DNA of 64,000 bases, taken from Christensenella sp. UBA7588. Lineage in GTDB: Bacteria > Bacillota > Clostridia > Christensenellales > CAG-917. Shown piece after piece: positions 26,291 through 36,133 of this stretch (its first letter is position 1; each line of letters starts with the position of its first letter). Made by a program: the position numbers and the translations under genes. Location: assembly GCA_002478945.1 (NCBI GenBank), contig DLKM01000026.1, forward strand, positions 348-64,347, written 5' to 3'. The notes beneath the pieces were generated by a model. It was not told the DNA's origin and did no database searches. It worked only from the letters and a program-made list of their open reading frames with translations.

Positions 26291-27838
26291 TCAACCGAAA
26301 TGCGCAACGATAGTCGCAACGACCATTCCCACCGAAGCGGTTATCGACAAAGCCTTGAGTCTTTCGCTTTTCTTGAGCAATACGAATCTCGAAAGCAACA
26401 ACAGCGATGTCAATAGGAAAAGCAATCCGACGATTCCGACCTCGGAATCGACCGAGGCAATATTCAAAGTGCCGATTGCTCCGACGTAAAGCCTGAACGG
26501 CAAAAGCAAATATTTGATTAGCCAAACAAAACCGCCCCACGTCGTAATCAAAGACAACAATACGAGTACGAGCATAATAACGTACACGACCATTATGTAC
26601 GGCAGAATCAAAAAGTTCGACAACAAAAACAGCACGGGAACCTGTCCGAAGAAGTATGCGACGAACGGATACGACATTAGGTTTGTGGCAAAAGAAACCG
26701 CACAAACGCTTGCGAACTTCTTGCCGATTTTGCGTTTGGGACTAATCTTGTTTACGATTTTATCTCCCACTCTTTCAAACGGTCTCACAAACGCATAAAT
26801 ACCTAAAACGGAAGCGAACGACAGCAAAAAACCGACATCCAAAATCGCGCACGGTCTGAACAATAAAATAAGTATGGCGGCAAGAGATAAAGACGATAAA
26901 TCGTCTTTCTTCCTACCGAAAGAGGACGCGAACATACTCACGCCGCTCATAACTACTGCACGCAACGACGACGCCGTGAACGAACAAAGCATCGAATAAA
27001 AGAACGTTGCGACAAGCACTATAACGAAACTGATTTTGGGATTTACCTTGAGTTTTTTGAAAACGAAATACAATGCGCCCGCAAGCGTCGAAACGTGCAA
27101 ACCGCTGACTGCGAGAACGTGTGCGAGTCCGCTGGCTTTGATGTTGTCGTATAAATCTCCGTCTATGCCGAATTTGTCGCCTATAACGAGTGCTTGCGCT
27201 ATCGACGAGGTGTAATCGTCGGTATTTTCGTAAAGAATGCGTTTGATTTTGAGTTGAATATTGTCGGGAAACTTGAGTTTGCCCTCGCCTATCTTTTGCA
27301 CGCTCGAAACGTTTGCGTGATAGCGCACTTTGTTTTGATTGTGCAAGGCATAATAAGTGCTGAATTTTTCGTGACCGTAAAAAGTTATCGTGCCTTCGAC
27401 TTGCACGAAATCTCCTGCGGAAAAATCTACGTCGTACAAGTATGCTTCCGCATAAACCGTATAACCGCACTCTCCGTCGTCGGTCTTTACGTTGTCGAGA
27501 TAGAAACGCGCTTTGCCGTTTTCGACGACGATTTCGCTCGAGACCTGCGCGGTAAAAGTGCCGCTGTATTTGCGAAAAGCCACGTCGTTATATGCAAGAT
27601 TGCTCGCAGTCATTGCGACAAAACCTATCATAATCGCAAGCGGAACGTAAAAGAGTTTTCGAGATTTTTTGAATGCGGTAACGAGAGAAAAACAGACTAT
27701 TAAAAGAGCAAGCAGTCCGATATACCACCAAACCGCAACTCCGTAAACAGCCTCCGCAAGCAATATGCCGACAATCAAAGAAATCGCAAAGCAGACCATA
27801 GGTCTGTAATTGAATATTCTTCTGCCCTTTATCGTCAT
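26291..27838 (-). CDS. comEC: ComEC/Rec2 family competence channel protein lacking the C-terminal metallo-beta-lactamase domain
   Basis: GLAHVLAVSGLHVSTLAG core, with an N-terminal OB/DUF4131-like region. Ends after the membrane domain. Start trimmed to MTIKGRR, preceded by GAGGGA. Confidence 0.75.
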   Translation of the reverse strand: MTIKGRRIFNYRPMVCFAISLIVGILLAEAVYGVAVWWYIGLLALLIVCFSLVTAFKKSRKLFYVPLAIMIGFVAMTASNLAYNDVAFRKYSGTFTAQVSSEIVVENGKARFYLDNVKTDDGECGYTVYAEAYLYDVDFSAGDFVQVEGTITFYGHEKFSTYYALHNQNKVRYHANVSSVQKIGEGKLKFPDNIQLKIKRILYENTDDYTSSIAQALVIGDKFGIDGDLYDNIKASGLAHVLAVSGLHVSTLAGALYFVFKKLKVNPKISFVIVLVATFFYSMLCSFTASSLRAVVMSGVSMFASSFGRKKDDLSSLSLAAILILLFRPCAILDVGFLLSFASVLGIYAFVRPFERVGDKIVNKISPKRKIGKKFASVCAVSFATNLMSYPFVAYFFGQVPVLFLLSNFLILPYIMVVYVIMLVLVLLSLITTWGGFVWLIKYLLLPFRLYVGAIGTLNIASVDSEVGIVGLLFLLTSLLLLSRFVLLKKSERLKALSITASVGMVVATIVAHFG

Positions 27839-27913
27839 TTTTCCCTCGTAAAACTTATCGCAACCGAGCGCGTGCGTCGGTTGCGACAATAAAGCGTTTT
27901 CTTTTGTTAAAAC

Positions 27914-28252
27914 TTATTTTCTGCCCGTAACGATAATGTCCGCTCCCAAACCGAGAACGTCGGTTGCGATAACGTCGCCTATTTTCGCGTCGTCGGGGCA
28001 AGTCAACGTTCCGACAAAGCAAACGACGTCGAAAATGCGCTCTTTTGGCACGGTACAACTCGTTTTTACGGAAGCAACGCCGCCGTTTTGCATTTTTACG
28101 AGCGTAGTCACGCATCTTTTGGGATGCGTATATTCTTCTTTTCCGTACATTTCGCCTCTTTTGCAAGTGTTTCCGCTGACGACCACAACGCCGTCTTTTT
28201 CTTCGATGGAAAGAGGACAACCCATCGGACACATTATGCAAATCGTATTCAT
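27914..28252 (-). CDS. DUF1667 domain protein (third subunit of the G3P-dehydrogenase-like trio)
   Basis: CIMCPMGCPL...GNTCKRG Cys motifs. Start overlaps the upstream stop. Confidence 0.75.
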   Translation of the reverse strand: MNTICIMCPMGCPLSIEEKDGVVVVSGNTCKRGEMYGKEEYTHPKRCVTTLVKMQNGGVASVKTSCTVPKERIFDVVCFVGTLTCPDDAKIGDVIATDVLGLGADIIVTGRK

Positions 28253-29490
28253 TTTTCCAACCTCACGACAACGTCTCCGTCAATCATAGCTTTGTCTACG
28301 ACGACGTTTCCCATTTCTCCGGGAGCGAGAACCATACATTTTTTGCTTATCAAAACGTTGTTTCCGCTCTCGACGATAAGTTTGCAATTCTTGTACACGT
28401 CTCCGACTCTGAAAAATATCTGCACTTTGCCCTCTCCCTTGCTTATTCTTTGCGGAAGCGCGTATCTAACGCCGTCTTTTGCAAGCACGTTTACTTGCTC
28501 CGCCGTGCTATCGATAGCTCCGAGCGCGTATTTTGCGGCGTATTCTCCCGCAATTTCCGCCTCGTGCGAAACGTTGTCCACAAGGTCGTGAACGTGAAGT
28601 ACGTTTCCGCAAGAGAAGATACCCTCGCAAGACGTCATACGATGCTCGTCGACGACTGCTCCGTTCGTTACTCTGCTCATTTCCACGTCCGTGCCGTTCA
28701 GCAAATCGTTTTCGGGAATAAGTCCCACCGACAAAAGCAACGTGTCGCAATCGATATATTGTTCTTCTTCGAGTATAGGCTTTCTGTCTGCGCCGACGGG
28801 TGCGTAATAAAGTCCCGTCATTCTCGGTTTTCCGACGATTCTCGTAATCGTATGGCTGTATTTGATGGGAATGTTATAGTCGTCGAGGCATTGCACGATA
28901 TTTCGTTTGAGTCCGCTCGAATAAGGCATAAGCTCGAGTACGAGTTTTACTTTTGCGCCCTCGGTAGTCATACGGCGCGCCATAATCAGTCCGATGTCTC
29001 CGCTTCCGAGAATCACGACTTCCTTTCCTACGAGATAACCGTCGAGGTTGCAGATTTTCTGCGCCATACCTGCGGTATAAATGCCTGCGGGACGAGTACC
29101 CGGCAACGCGATTGCGCCTGCGGTACGTTCTCTGCATCCCATTGCAAGCACGATTGCGCCTGCCTGAATCTTACAGAAACCTGCCGTCGGAGACAATACG
29201 CTGACCACTTTATTGCGGTCGATAGACAAAACCATACTTTCGAGCATAACGGTTATATCCTCTTTTTCGACCATTCCTCTGAAACGGTTTGCGTATTCGG
29301 GTCCCGTCATCTCCTCGCCGAAGTAATGCAGTCCGAAGCCTTGGTGTATGCATTGATTGAGTATACCGCCCAATCTTACGTCTCTTTCGAGTATAACGGT
29401 GCTTGCGCCTTGTTTTCTTGCAGACAGAGCCGCCGCCATACCTGCAGGACCGCCGCCTATAATCACGACGTCGTATTTGAGTGCGTTCAT
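28249..29490 (-). CDS. NAD(P)/FAD-dependent pyridine nucleotide-disulfide oxidoreductase
   Basis: VVIIGGGPAGMAAA and VVILGSGDIGL dinucleotide folds. 4-nt overlaps on both sides. Confidence 0.8.
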   Translation of the reverse strand: MNALKYDVVIIGGGPAGMAAALSARKQGASTVILERDVRLGGILNQCIHQGFGLHYFGEEMTGPEYANRFRGMVEKEDITVMLESMVLSIDRNKVVSVLSPTAGFCKIQAGAIVLAMGCRERTAGAIALPGTRPAGIYTAGMAQKICNLDGYLVGKEVVILGSGDIGLIMARRMTTEGAKVKLVLELMPYSSGLKRNIVQCLDDYNIPIKYSHTITRIVGKPRMTGLYYAPVGADRKPILEEEQYIDCDTLLLSVGLIPENDLLNGTDVEMSRVTNGAVVDEHRMTSCEGIFSCGNVLHVHDLVDNVSHEAEIAGEYAAKYALGAIDSTAEQVNVLAKDGVRYALPQRISKGEGKVQIFFRVGDVYKNCKLIVESGNNVLISKKCMVLAPGEMGNVVVDKAMIDGDVVVRLEK

Positions 29491-30923
29491 CTGTCCACCT
29501 CCTTAACCTTGCATACGGCTATGTTGGAATCTTCTCCGCCGCCCTTTCTGACTTTATCGAGCGGAATATTCAATTCTCTGGAAATAATCTCCATAACTCT
29601 CGGCCCGCAAAAACCGCCTTGGCATCTGCCCATACCTGCGCGCGTGCGGCGTTTAACGGCGTCTACTGTAAACGCAGGCACGGGAGAATGAATCGCTTCC
29701 ACTATTTCGGCCTCCGTGACCTTTTCGCAACGGCAAACGATTCTTCCCCACGCTTGATTCTCTTTTATGAGAGCGTTGAGAGTCTTTTCGTCGAGTTCGC
29801 AAAGTCTCTTACGCTTCGGCATAACCGTGACGTATTCGTCTTTGAGAGAGGCTCCCGACTTTTGAGCCACTATTCCGTCTATATACTCTGCTATGGCAGG
29901 AGCAGACGTAAGCCCGGGGGAACAGATGCCTATTGCCATAATAAAGTTTTCTTTTATCTTCGATTCGCCTATTACGAAATCGTGTCCGATAATGGTACGC
30001 AAACCCGAATACACTCTGATGCATTTGTTAAACGCAGGAGTTTTGTAGGATATAGGCACGCTCTTTCTCAACGTATCGAGAGAATCGAGAGACGAAGCGG
30101 TGTCGTCATCGTCGAGAGTATCGATTGCCGTAGGTCCGTATATAACGTTTCCGTCTGCGGTGGGAGCTACGAGAACTCCTTTACCGAGCGCGCTCGGAAG
30201 TTGGAATACTACGGTGTGTATATTCTTTCTCTCCGTATTGTCGAGGACGAAGTAATCTCCTCTGCGATAAGTCGTATCGTAATGTTCCGCGCCCGCTTGG
30301 TCGTTTACTTGCGCGCCGTGTGCGCCTGCGCAGTTGATAACGTATTTTGCGGTAAAGTCGCCTTTATTCGTCTTTACGATATACTCTCCGTTTTCTTTCT
30401 CGATTGATTGACTTTCGCATTCGAGCAAAACTTCCGCTCCGTTAAGCACCGCTCTGTCCGCATACGCGATGCAGAGTTGATAAGGAGATACCACGCCTGC
30501 GGTGGGCGCATAAAGCGAAAACTCGATGTCGTCGGCAACGTTCGGCTCGAGAGCAACGGTCTTTTCTCTGTCCCATATCTCCACGGGAACGCCGTTTGCC
30601 TCCGCTTTCTCTTTGAGAATTTCAAGCCCTTCGAGTTGGTCTGCTCTTGCAACGACGATAGAGGCGCATCTGTGATGCGGCACGTCAAGTTCTTGTGCGT
30701 CTTGCCACATAAGCTCGTTTCCGCGAACGTTGAATTTTGCTTTTAGCGTATTAGGTTCGCAATCGTAGCCTGCGTGAACGATTCCGCTGTTTGCTCTTGT
30801 AGAAAAAGAGGCGACGTCGTCGCACTTTTCGATAAGCAGAACTTTTAGGTTGCGCCTTGCAAGCCTGTCAAGAACTGCCGTGCCGACGATACCGCCGCCT
30901 ATTACGATACAATCGTAGTTCAT
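29487..30923 (-). CDS. FAD-dependent glycerol-3-phosphate dehydrogenase/oxidase-like protein with a BFD-like [2Fe-2S] domain
   Basis: CIVIGGGIVGTAV, and the C-terminal CRCEKVTEAEI...RAGMGRCQGGFC. Confidence 0.8.
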   Translation of the reverse strand: MNYDCIVIGGGIVGTAVLDRLARRNLKVLLIEKCDDVASFSTRANSGIVHAGYDCEPNTLKAKFNVRGNELMWQDAQELDVPHHRCASIVVARADQLEGLEILKEKAEANGVPVEIWDREKTVALEPNVADDIEFSLYAPTAGVVSPYQLCIAYADRAVLNGAEVLLECESQSIEKENGEYIVKTNKGDFTAKYVINCAGAHGAQVNDQAGAEHYDTTYRRGDYFVLDNTERKNIHTVVFQLPSALGKGVLVAPTADGNVIYGPTAIDTLDDDDTASSLDSLDTLRKSVPISYKTPAFNKCIRVYSGLRTIIGHDFVIGESKIKENFIMAIGICSPGLTSAPAIAEYIDGIVAQKSGASLKDEYVTVMPKRKRLCELDEKTLNALIKENQAWGRIVCRCEKVTEAEIVEAIHSPVPAFTVDAVKRRTRAGMGRCQGGFCGPRVMEIISRELNIPLDKVRKGGGEDSNIAVCKVKEVDR

Positions 30924-30989
30924 AGGTTATATTCCTCTAAAATGATTTTAGTTCTGTTTAGTGTCTTTCGGGTGTACCGATTGCAAATC

Positions 30990-31410
30990 AATGCAACTTA
31001 CCCCCCCTTCCTCAGGTGTTTCCCCTAAATTAACACTCTAACAAAGTTAGCGTCATAATTCCTTGAATGCAACATTACCCCTTCCCTTCGGGCTTTCCCC
31101 TATTGCTCAAATAGATGTCATTTCTCTTTTTAAGCAAACATCGTTCGCAAGAGGGGAACTCGGCACTCACATAGATAGGTATCGTTCACTTGTTATGCCA
31201 CTCGTTCGCCAACGAAAAGAACAACACTCGTTGGCTCACTTGTACAATCCGTCAAGTTCGGCACTCAAAGGCTCGCCGCCTTGCGGCTCGAAGCTCCGAA
31301 TAAGCACATTCAGTTTATAGGTACGCCTTGAATAGGCACATTCCGTTAATAAGTGCGCTTCGAATAAGTGTGCGTTCGGGTGTGGGCAAAGCCCACCCGC
31401 AATTATTAAC
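30990..31410 (+). repeat. Dispersed structured intergenic element, copy B (duplicated pyrimidine block, iteron-rich right end)
   Basis: AATGCAACTTACCCCCCCTTCCTCAGGTGTTTCCCCT plus a second AATGCAACATTACCCCTTCCCTTCGGGCTTTCCCCT. Also CTCGGCACTCACATAGATAGGTATCGTTCACTTGTTATGCCAC, GTCAAGTTCGGCACTCAAAGGCTCGCCGCCTTGCGGCTCGAA and a terminal GTGGGC-AAA-GCCCAC hairpin. Confidence 0.85.
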
Positions 31411-31429
31411 TATTAACTTTATCAAAGCG

Positions 31430-31966
31430 TTACTTTATGTTGAACTTCTTTTTGTATGCTTCCATATTGTCTTTGATGATAAGCTCGGCAAACTCTCTGT
31501 TCTTCACTTGGAATACCGTCGTTTGCTTGCCTTCGAGTTGCTTATACACTCTGAAGAAGTGCGACATTTCTTCCATAATGTGAGAGGGCAAATCTTCGAT
31601 TTCCTTATATATATTCCACGTCGGGTCTTTGAAAGGAATCGCGATGATTTTGTAGTCCATCTCTCCGCCGTCTTGCATCATCATTACGCCGATGGGATAG
31701 CATCTTACCATTGCCATCGGTACGATAGGTTCGGAGCAAAGCACCAAAACGTCCAACGGGTCGTTGTCCTCGCTGTATGTGCGAGGGATAAAACCGTAGT
31801 TTGCGGGATAGTGCGTCGACGTATAAAGCACTCTGTCCAAAATAAGTGCGCCGGACGCTTTGTCAAGTTCGTATTTGTTTTTACTGCCTTTCGAAATCTC
31901 TATGACAGCCAAAAAATCAGTTGTGGTAATGCGACTTTCGTCAATATCGTGCCAAATGCAACCCAT
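31430..31966 (-). CDS. ppa: Inorganic pyrophosphatase (family I)
   Basis: YPANYGFIP...DPLDVLVL...[11 protein letters not shown]. Start trimmed to MGCIWHD, preceded by GGAGAAG. Confidence 0.9.
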   Translation of the reverse strand: MGCIWHDIDESRITTTDFLAVIEISKGSKNKYELDKASGALILDRVLYTSTHYPANYGFIPRTYSEDNDPLDVLVLCSEPIVPMAMVRCYPIGVMMMQDGGEMDYKIIAIPFKDPTWNIYKEIEDLPSHIMEEMSHFFRVYKQLEGKQTTVFQVKNREFAELIIKDNMEAYKKKFNIK

Positions 31967-32162
31967 ATTCTTCTCCGATAAATCTTTATTATCTTTTATT
32001 ATAGTTATAATAAAAACAAAAGTCAATAGCGTTGACGCATTTGAAAATATTCTCGTTGCGTTTTGCTTGTTTGCAAGATAATATGGCACAAAACGTTTAC
32101 TATTGCGCGCAAATATGCTAATATACTGTTTTGGAAATAAATATAAAAAATCGGAATAAAAA

Positions 32163-33902
32163 ATGTCAAAACTACTCAAATACCTCAACGGTTATTGGGC
32201 AAAAACGATAATCGGACCTTTCTTCAAGCTCGTCGAAGCGGTTTTTGAACTAATCGTTCCCGTCATCGTCGCTTGGATAATCGACACGGCAATCCCTCAA
32301 GGTAAAAACGGGGATTTTTCGGGCTTGATTTACGGAAGTCTGATTATCCTCGCACTCGGCGTTTGCGGACTCGGATTTTCGCTTACGGCGCAGTTTTTTG
32401 CCTCGAGAGCGTCTATGGGATTCGGCACGAACTTGCGCAAAGAGCTTTACGCTCATATCAACACTTTCTCTTATGCCGAACTCGACAAGTTCTCCACCAC
32501 CTCACTCATTACGAGGATGACGAGCGACGTCAATCAGACTCAACAAGCGGTGCTGATGTTTATCCGCCTCGTTTTGCGCGCGCCGTTTATTGCGGTCGGC
32601 GCAATCGTTATGGCAATGATTATCGACCTTAAACTTTCGAGCATTTTCGTGATTGCGTCTCTTGCTATCGCAGGACTTCTTGCGCTCATTCTTTTCATCA
32701 CTATGCCCAAATATAAAGACGTTCAGGCAAAACTCGACGACGTGACGAGACTTACCAAAGAAAACTTGTCCGGCGCAAGAGTTATAAGAGCGTTCGACGC
32801 GGAACAGCGAGAAAAAGAACACTTCGACGGAGCGTCCGAAAAGCTCTCGTCGGCGTCTATAAAAGTCGGCGCGCTTTCGGCTTTGCTCAATCCTTTGACG
32901 TACGCCGTACTCAATCTCGCAATAATCGCTATCTTGTATTTCGGCGGCAAATCCGTAAACTACGGCAATCTGTCGCAGGGCGAGATTATCGCTTTGGTCA
33001 ATTATATGACGCAAATTCTCAACGCTCTTATCGTATTTGCCAACCTGCTCGTGACCTTTACCAAGGCTTCGGCTTCGGCGGCGCGCATAAACGAAGTGTT
33101 TGCGGTTACGTCGTCAATGAAAGAAGGAGACGGCGCAACTTGCGATTATTCAGCACCCGCAATAGAAATGAAGGACGTATCGTTCACTTACGCGTCGAGT
33201 CCTTCCCCCTCCCTCGAAAACGTCAATCTCGTCGTTGAAAAAGGCGCAAGCGTCGGCATACTCGGCGGTACGGGCAGCGGAAAAACGACGCTCGTAAGCC
33301 TTATGTCGAGGCTTTACGACGCAACGCAAGGCGAAGTTAAAGTTTTCGGCGAAAACGTAAAGAACTACACCAACGCACAGTTGTATACGATGTTCGGCGT
33401 CGTTCCTCAAAAAGCCGTCTTGTTCGAAGGCACAGTCAGAGACAACCTCAAATGGGGCAAAGCGGACGCTACGGACGAGGAAATCAACGACGCGCTTAGG
33501 ATTTCACAATCGGCGGAATTCGTAAACGCAATGAAAGACGGTCTCGACACTCTCGTCTCTCAAGGCGGAAAGAATTTGTCGGGAGGACAAAGACAACGTT
33601 TGACCATTGCTCGCGCACTCGTCGCGTCTCCGCAAATACTCGTACTCGACGACAGTTCCAGCGCGCTCGACTTTGCCACGGACGCAAGACTGCGCAAAGC
33701 CCTCGGAGAACTCCGAGAGAGAAAAGGGCTTACCACCGTTACGGTGTCGCAAAGAGCAACGAGCATCAAATACTGCGATTTGATAGTCGTTCTCGACGAC
33801 GGAAAGATAGTAGGACTCGGCAAACACGACGATTTGCTCGCTTCTTGCGACGTATATCGAGAGATTTGCCTGTCGCAGAACAAGGAGGACGAAACGAAAT
33901 GA
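32163..33902 (+). CDS. ABC exporter half-transporter (permease plus ATPase), subunit 1
   Basis: Six-TM N-terminal half. Walker [10 protein letters not shown], signature LSGGQRQR, Walker B ILVLDD. Confidence 0.9.
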   Translation: MSKLLKYLNGYWAKTIIGPFFKLVEAVFELIVPVIVAWIIDTAIPQGKNGDFSGLIYGSLIILALGVCGLGFSLTAQFFASRASMGFGTNLRKELYAHINTFSYAELDKFSTTSLITRMTSDVNQTQQAVLMFIRLVLRAPFIAVGAIVMAMIIDLKLSSIFVIASLAIAGLLALILFITMPKYKDVQAKLDDVTRLTKENLSGARVIRAFDAEQREKEHFDGASEKLSSASIKVGALSALLNPLTYAVLNLAIIAILYFGGKSVNYGNLSQGEIIALVNYMTQILNALIVFANLLVTFTKASASAARINEVFAVTSSMKEGDGATCDYSAPAIEMKDVSFTYASSPSPSLENVNLVVEKGASVGILGGTGSGKTTLVSLMSRLYDATQGEVKVFGENVKNYTNAQLYTMFGVVPQKAVLFEGTVRDNLKWGKADATDEEINDALRISQSAEFVNAMKDGLDTLVSQGGKNLSGGQRQRLTIARALVASPQILVLDDSSSALDFATDARLRKALGELRERKGLTTVTVSQRATSIKYCDLIVVLDDGKIVGLGKHDDLLASCDVYREICLSQNKEDETK

Positions 33903-35683
33903 AAAAAACCACCTCCGAAAAACAGCCGAAGATGCAAATCGGCGCAATAAAAAAACTTTTGAAATTCGCACGCCCGTATATACCGTACATCGTGCTTGCG
34001 CTTGTATGCTCGACAATTCAGATTGCCGCCACCCTGCTCGCGCCCGTAATTATCGGTAACACCGTCGACTACATTATCGGCAAAGATAACGTGGACTTCG
34101 GCGTGATTCTCAAAAATGCGGGAATTTTGGGCGGACTTATCGTTGCGGTATTCCTATTTCAATATCTCAGCAATCTTTGCATAAATTTTGCGTCGTTCCG
34201 CTCTATAAGGGACTTGCGCAGAAGTGCGTACGCAAAACTCAACGACGTGCCGCTTTCTTATATCGACTCCAACTCGCACGGAGATTTGATGTCGCGCGTC
34301 GGCAACGACATAGACCAAATATCGGACGGTCTTATTCAAGGCTTTTCGCAACTGTTCAGCGGAATCGTGACGATAATAGGCACGCTTGCGTTTATGATTT
34401 GGTACAACTGGCTGATTGCGCTTATCGTCGTCGTTCTGACCCCTCTGTCGCTGTTCGTCGCATACTTTATCGCAAAAGGCTGCCACAATATGTTTGCGTT
34501 GCAAGCTCAAAAACGCGGAGAATTGTCGGGACTCGTGACGGAAATGCTTTCCAACCAACGCATCGTCAAACTGTTCGGATATGAAAAGCGTGCGGAAAAT
34601 CGTTTTGCCGTCATCAACGGAGACTTGAAAATATGCGGACAGAACGCCGCTTTCTACTCCTCCCTCGTCAATCCCTGCACTCGCTTCGTCAACAGCGTCG
34701 TGTACGTTGCGGTCTGCGCTTTGGGTGCGTATCTCGTGATAAAAGGGAACGTCGTACCCGGTATGAGCGCATTCAGCGTCGGCGCGCTTTCCTGCGTGCT
34801 TTCGTACGCAAATCAATATACCAAGCCGTTCAACGAAATCACGGGCGTGGTCACGGAACTGCAAACGGCAACTGCCGCCGCAAACAGAGTGTTCGAGCTT
34901 CTCGAAGCTCCCAATCAATCCTCCGACGAAGGCTTTGAAAACCTTACCGACGTAAAAGGCAATATCAAAATCGACAACGTATACTTCTCTTACGTCAAAG
35001 ACGTACCGCTCATTCAAGGCTTTTCCCTCGACGTGGCAAGCGGTCAACGTATCGCGATAGTCGGTCCGACGGGTTGCGGAAAAACCACGCTCATCAATTT
35101 GCTTATGCGCTTCTACGACGCAGACAGCGGCACTATCAGCGTGGAAGGCAAAGACATTACAAAAGTTACCAGACGGTCTCTGCGACTCAATTACGGTATG
35201 GTATTGCAAGATACTTGGCTAAAAAAAGGCACCGTTAAAGAGAATATCGCATACGGCAATCCGAACGCAACCGACGAGGAAATCGTGCAAGCGGCAAAAG
35301 CGGCGCATATTCACAATTTCATTATGCGCCTCGAAAACGGTTACGACACCGTACTCGGCGACGACGGCGGAAACATTTCGCAAGGACAGAAACAACTCCT
35401 CTGCATCGCAAGAGTTATGCTAACTCATCCCCCGATGCTTATTCTCGACGAGGCTACGTCGTCAATCGATACCCGCACGGAAATAAAGATTCAACAAGCA
35501 TTCGAAGCGTTGATGAAAAACAAAACTTCGTTTATCGTTGCGCATCGTCTGTCTACCATAAAAAACGCCGACCTTATTCTCGTTATGAACAAAGGCAACG
35601 TAATCGAAAAAGGCACTCACGAGCAACTGCTTGAAAAAGGCGGTTTCTACGCGAATTTGTATAATTCACAATTTGAGCATTGA
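33899..35683 (+). CDS. ABC exporter half-transporter, subunit 2 (heterodimer partner)
   Basis: Walker A GPTGCGKTT, signature ISQGQKQL, Walker B ILILDEAT. ATGA overlap with subunit 1, with AAGGAGGA upstream. Confidence 0.9.
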   Translation: MKKTTSEKQPKMQIGAIKKLLKFARPYIPYIVLALVCSTIQIAATLLAPVIIGNTVDYIIGKDNVDFGVILKNAGILGGLIVAVFLFQYLSNLCINFASFRSIRDLRRSAYAKLNDVPLSYIDSNSHGDLMSRVGNDIDQISDGLIQGFSQLFSGIVTIIGTLAFMIWYNWLIALIVVVLTPLSLFVAYFIAKGCHNMFALQAQKRGELSGLVTEMLSNQRIVKLFGYEKRAENRFAVINGDLKICGQNAAFYSSLVNPCTRFVNSVVYVAVCALGAYLVIKGNVVPGMSAFSVGALSCVLSYANQYTKPFNEITGVVTELQTATAAANRVFELLEAPNQSSDEGFENLTDVKGNIKIDNVYFSYVKDVPLIQGFSLDVASGQRIAIVGPTGCGKTTLINLLMRFYDADSGTISVEGKDITKVTRRSLRLNYGMVLQDTWLKKGTVKENIAYGNPNATDEEIVQAAKAAHIHNFIMRLENGYDTVLGDDGGNISQGQKQLLCIARVMLTHPPMLILDEATSSIDTRTEIKIQQAFEALMKNKTSFIVAHRLSTIKNADLILVMNKGNVIEKGTHEQLLEKGGFYANLYNSQFEH

Positions 35684-35823
35684 GCAAAAATGCTGTGGCA
35701 ATGGCAACACGCACTCGTGCGTATTGCCAACTATGGCACTCAAAAACAACCTTGCAAGTGCTTTGCGCTTTATTTTTCATATATCCGCCCATTTACTCGC
35801 GAGCGAGACGGGGCGAATATATG

Positions 35824-35860
35824 AAAAAACAACCTCACGGTTTTCGCAAGGTTGTTTTTT
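35824..35860. terminator. Bidirectional intrinsic terminator (ABC operon and tRNA-Leu)
   Basis: AAAAAACAACCT-loop-AGGTTGTTTTTT. Confidence 0.8.
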
Positions 35861-35863
35861 CGT

Positions 35864-35951
35864 TGGTGCCGGCGGTCGGACTCGAACCGACACGGATGAT
35901 TAGTCCACAGGATTTTGAGTCCAGCGCGTCTGCCAGTTTCACCACGCCGGC
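35864..35951 (-). tRNA. tRNA-Leu (anticodon CAA), class II with a long variable arm and encoded CCA
   Basis: Minus strand reads GCCGGCG...CTGGA-CTCAAAA-TCCTG...GGTTCGAGTCCGACCGCCGGCACCA. The acceptor stem is 7 bp. There is one U-U mismatch in the anticodon stem. Confidence 0.85.
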
Positions 35952-35960
35952 GCAAGTGTT

Positions 35961-35989
35961 AATATACCATAATCTCATCTCTCTTGCAA
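35961..35989 (-). promoter_or_regulatory. Promoter of tRNA-Leu
   Basis: Minus strand reads TTGCAA-17 nt-TATATT with TGG upstream of the -10 element, about 8 nt before the tRNA 5' end. Confidence 0.6.
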
Positions 35990-36068
35990 CTGATTTTGCA
36001 AAAAAACTCAAAAAACGTTATTTATGATTGAGCCAAAATATAACTTGCGCCGACGTGCAAAATTTTGC

Positions 36069-36097
36069 TTGAATTAACACGGGCGGCGTTGTACAAT
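36069..36097 (+). promoter_or_regulatory. Promoter of the M20 peptidase gene
   Basis: TTGAAT-17 nt-TACAAT, 36 nt upstream of the ATG. Confidence 0.55.
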
Positions 36098-36133
36098 ATT
36101 TTTATAACGTAATACAACTATCAGGAGTTTGTT

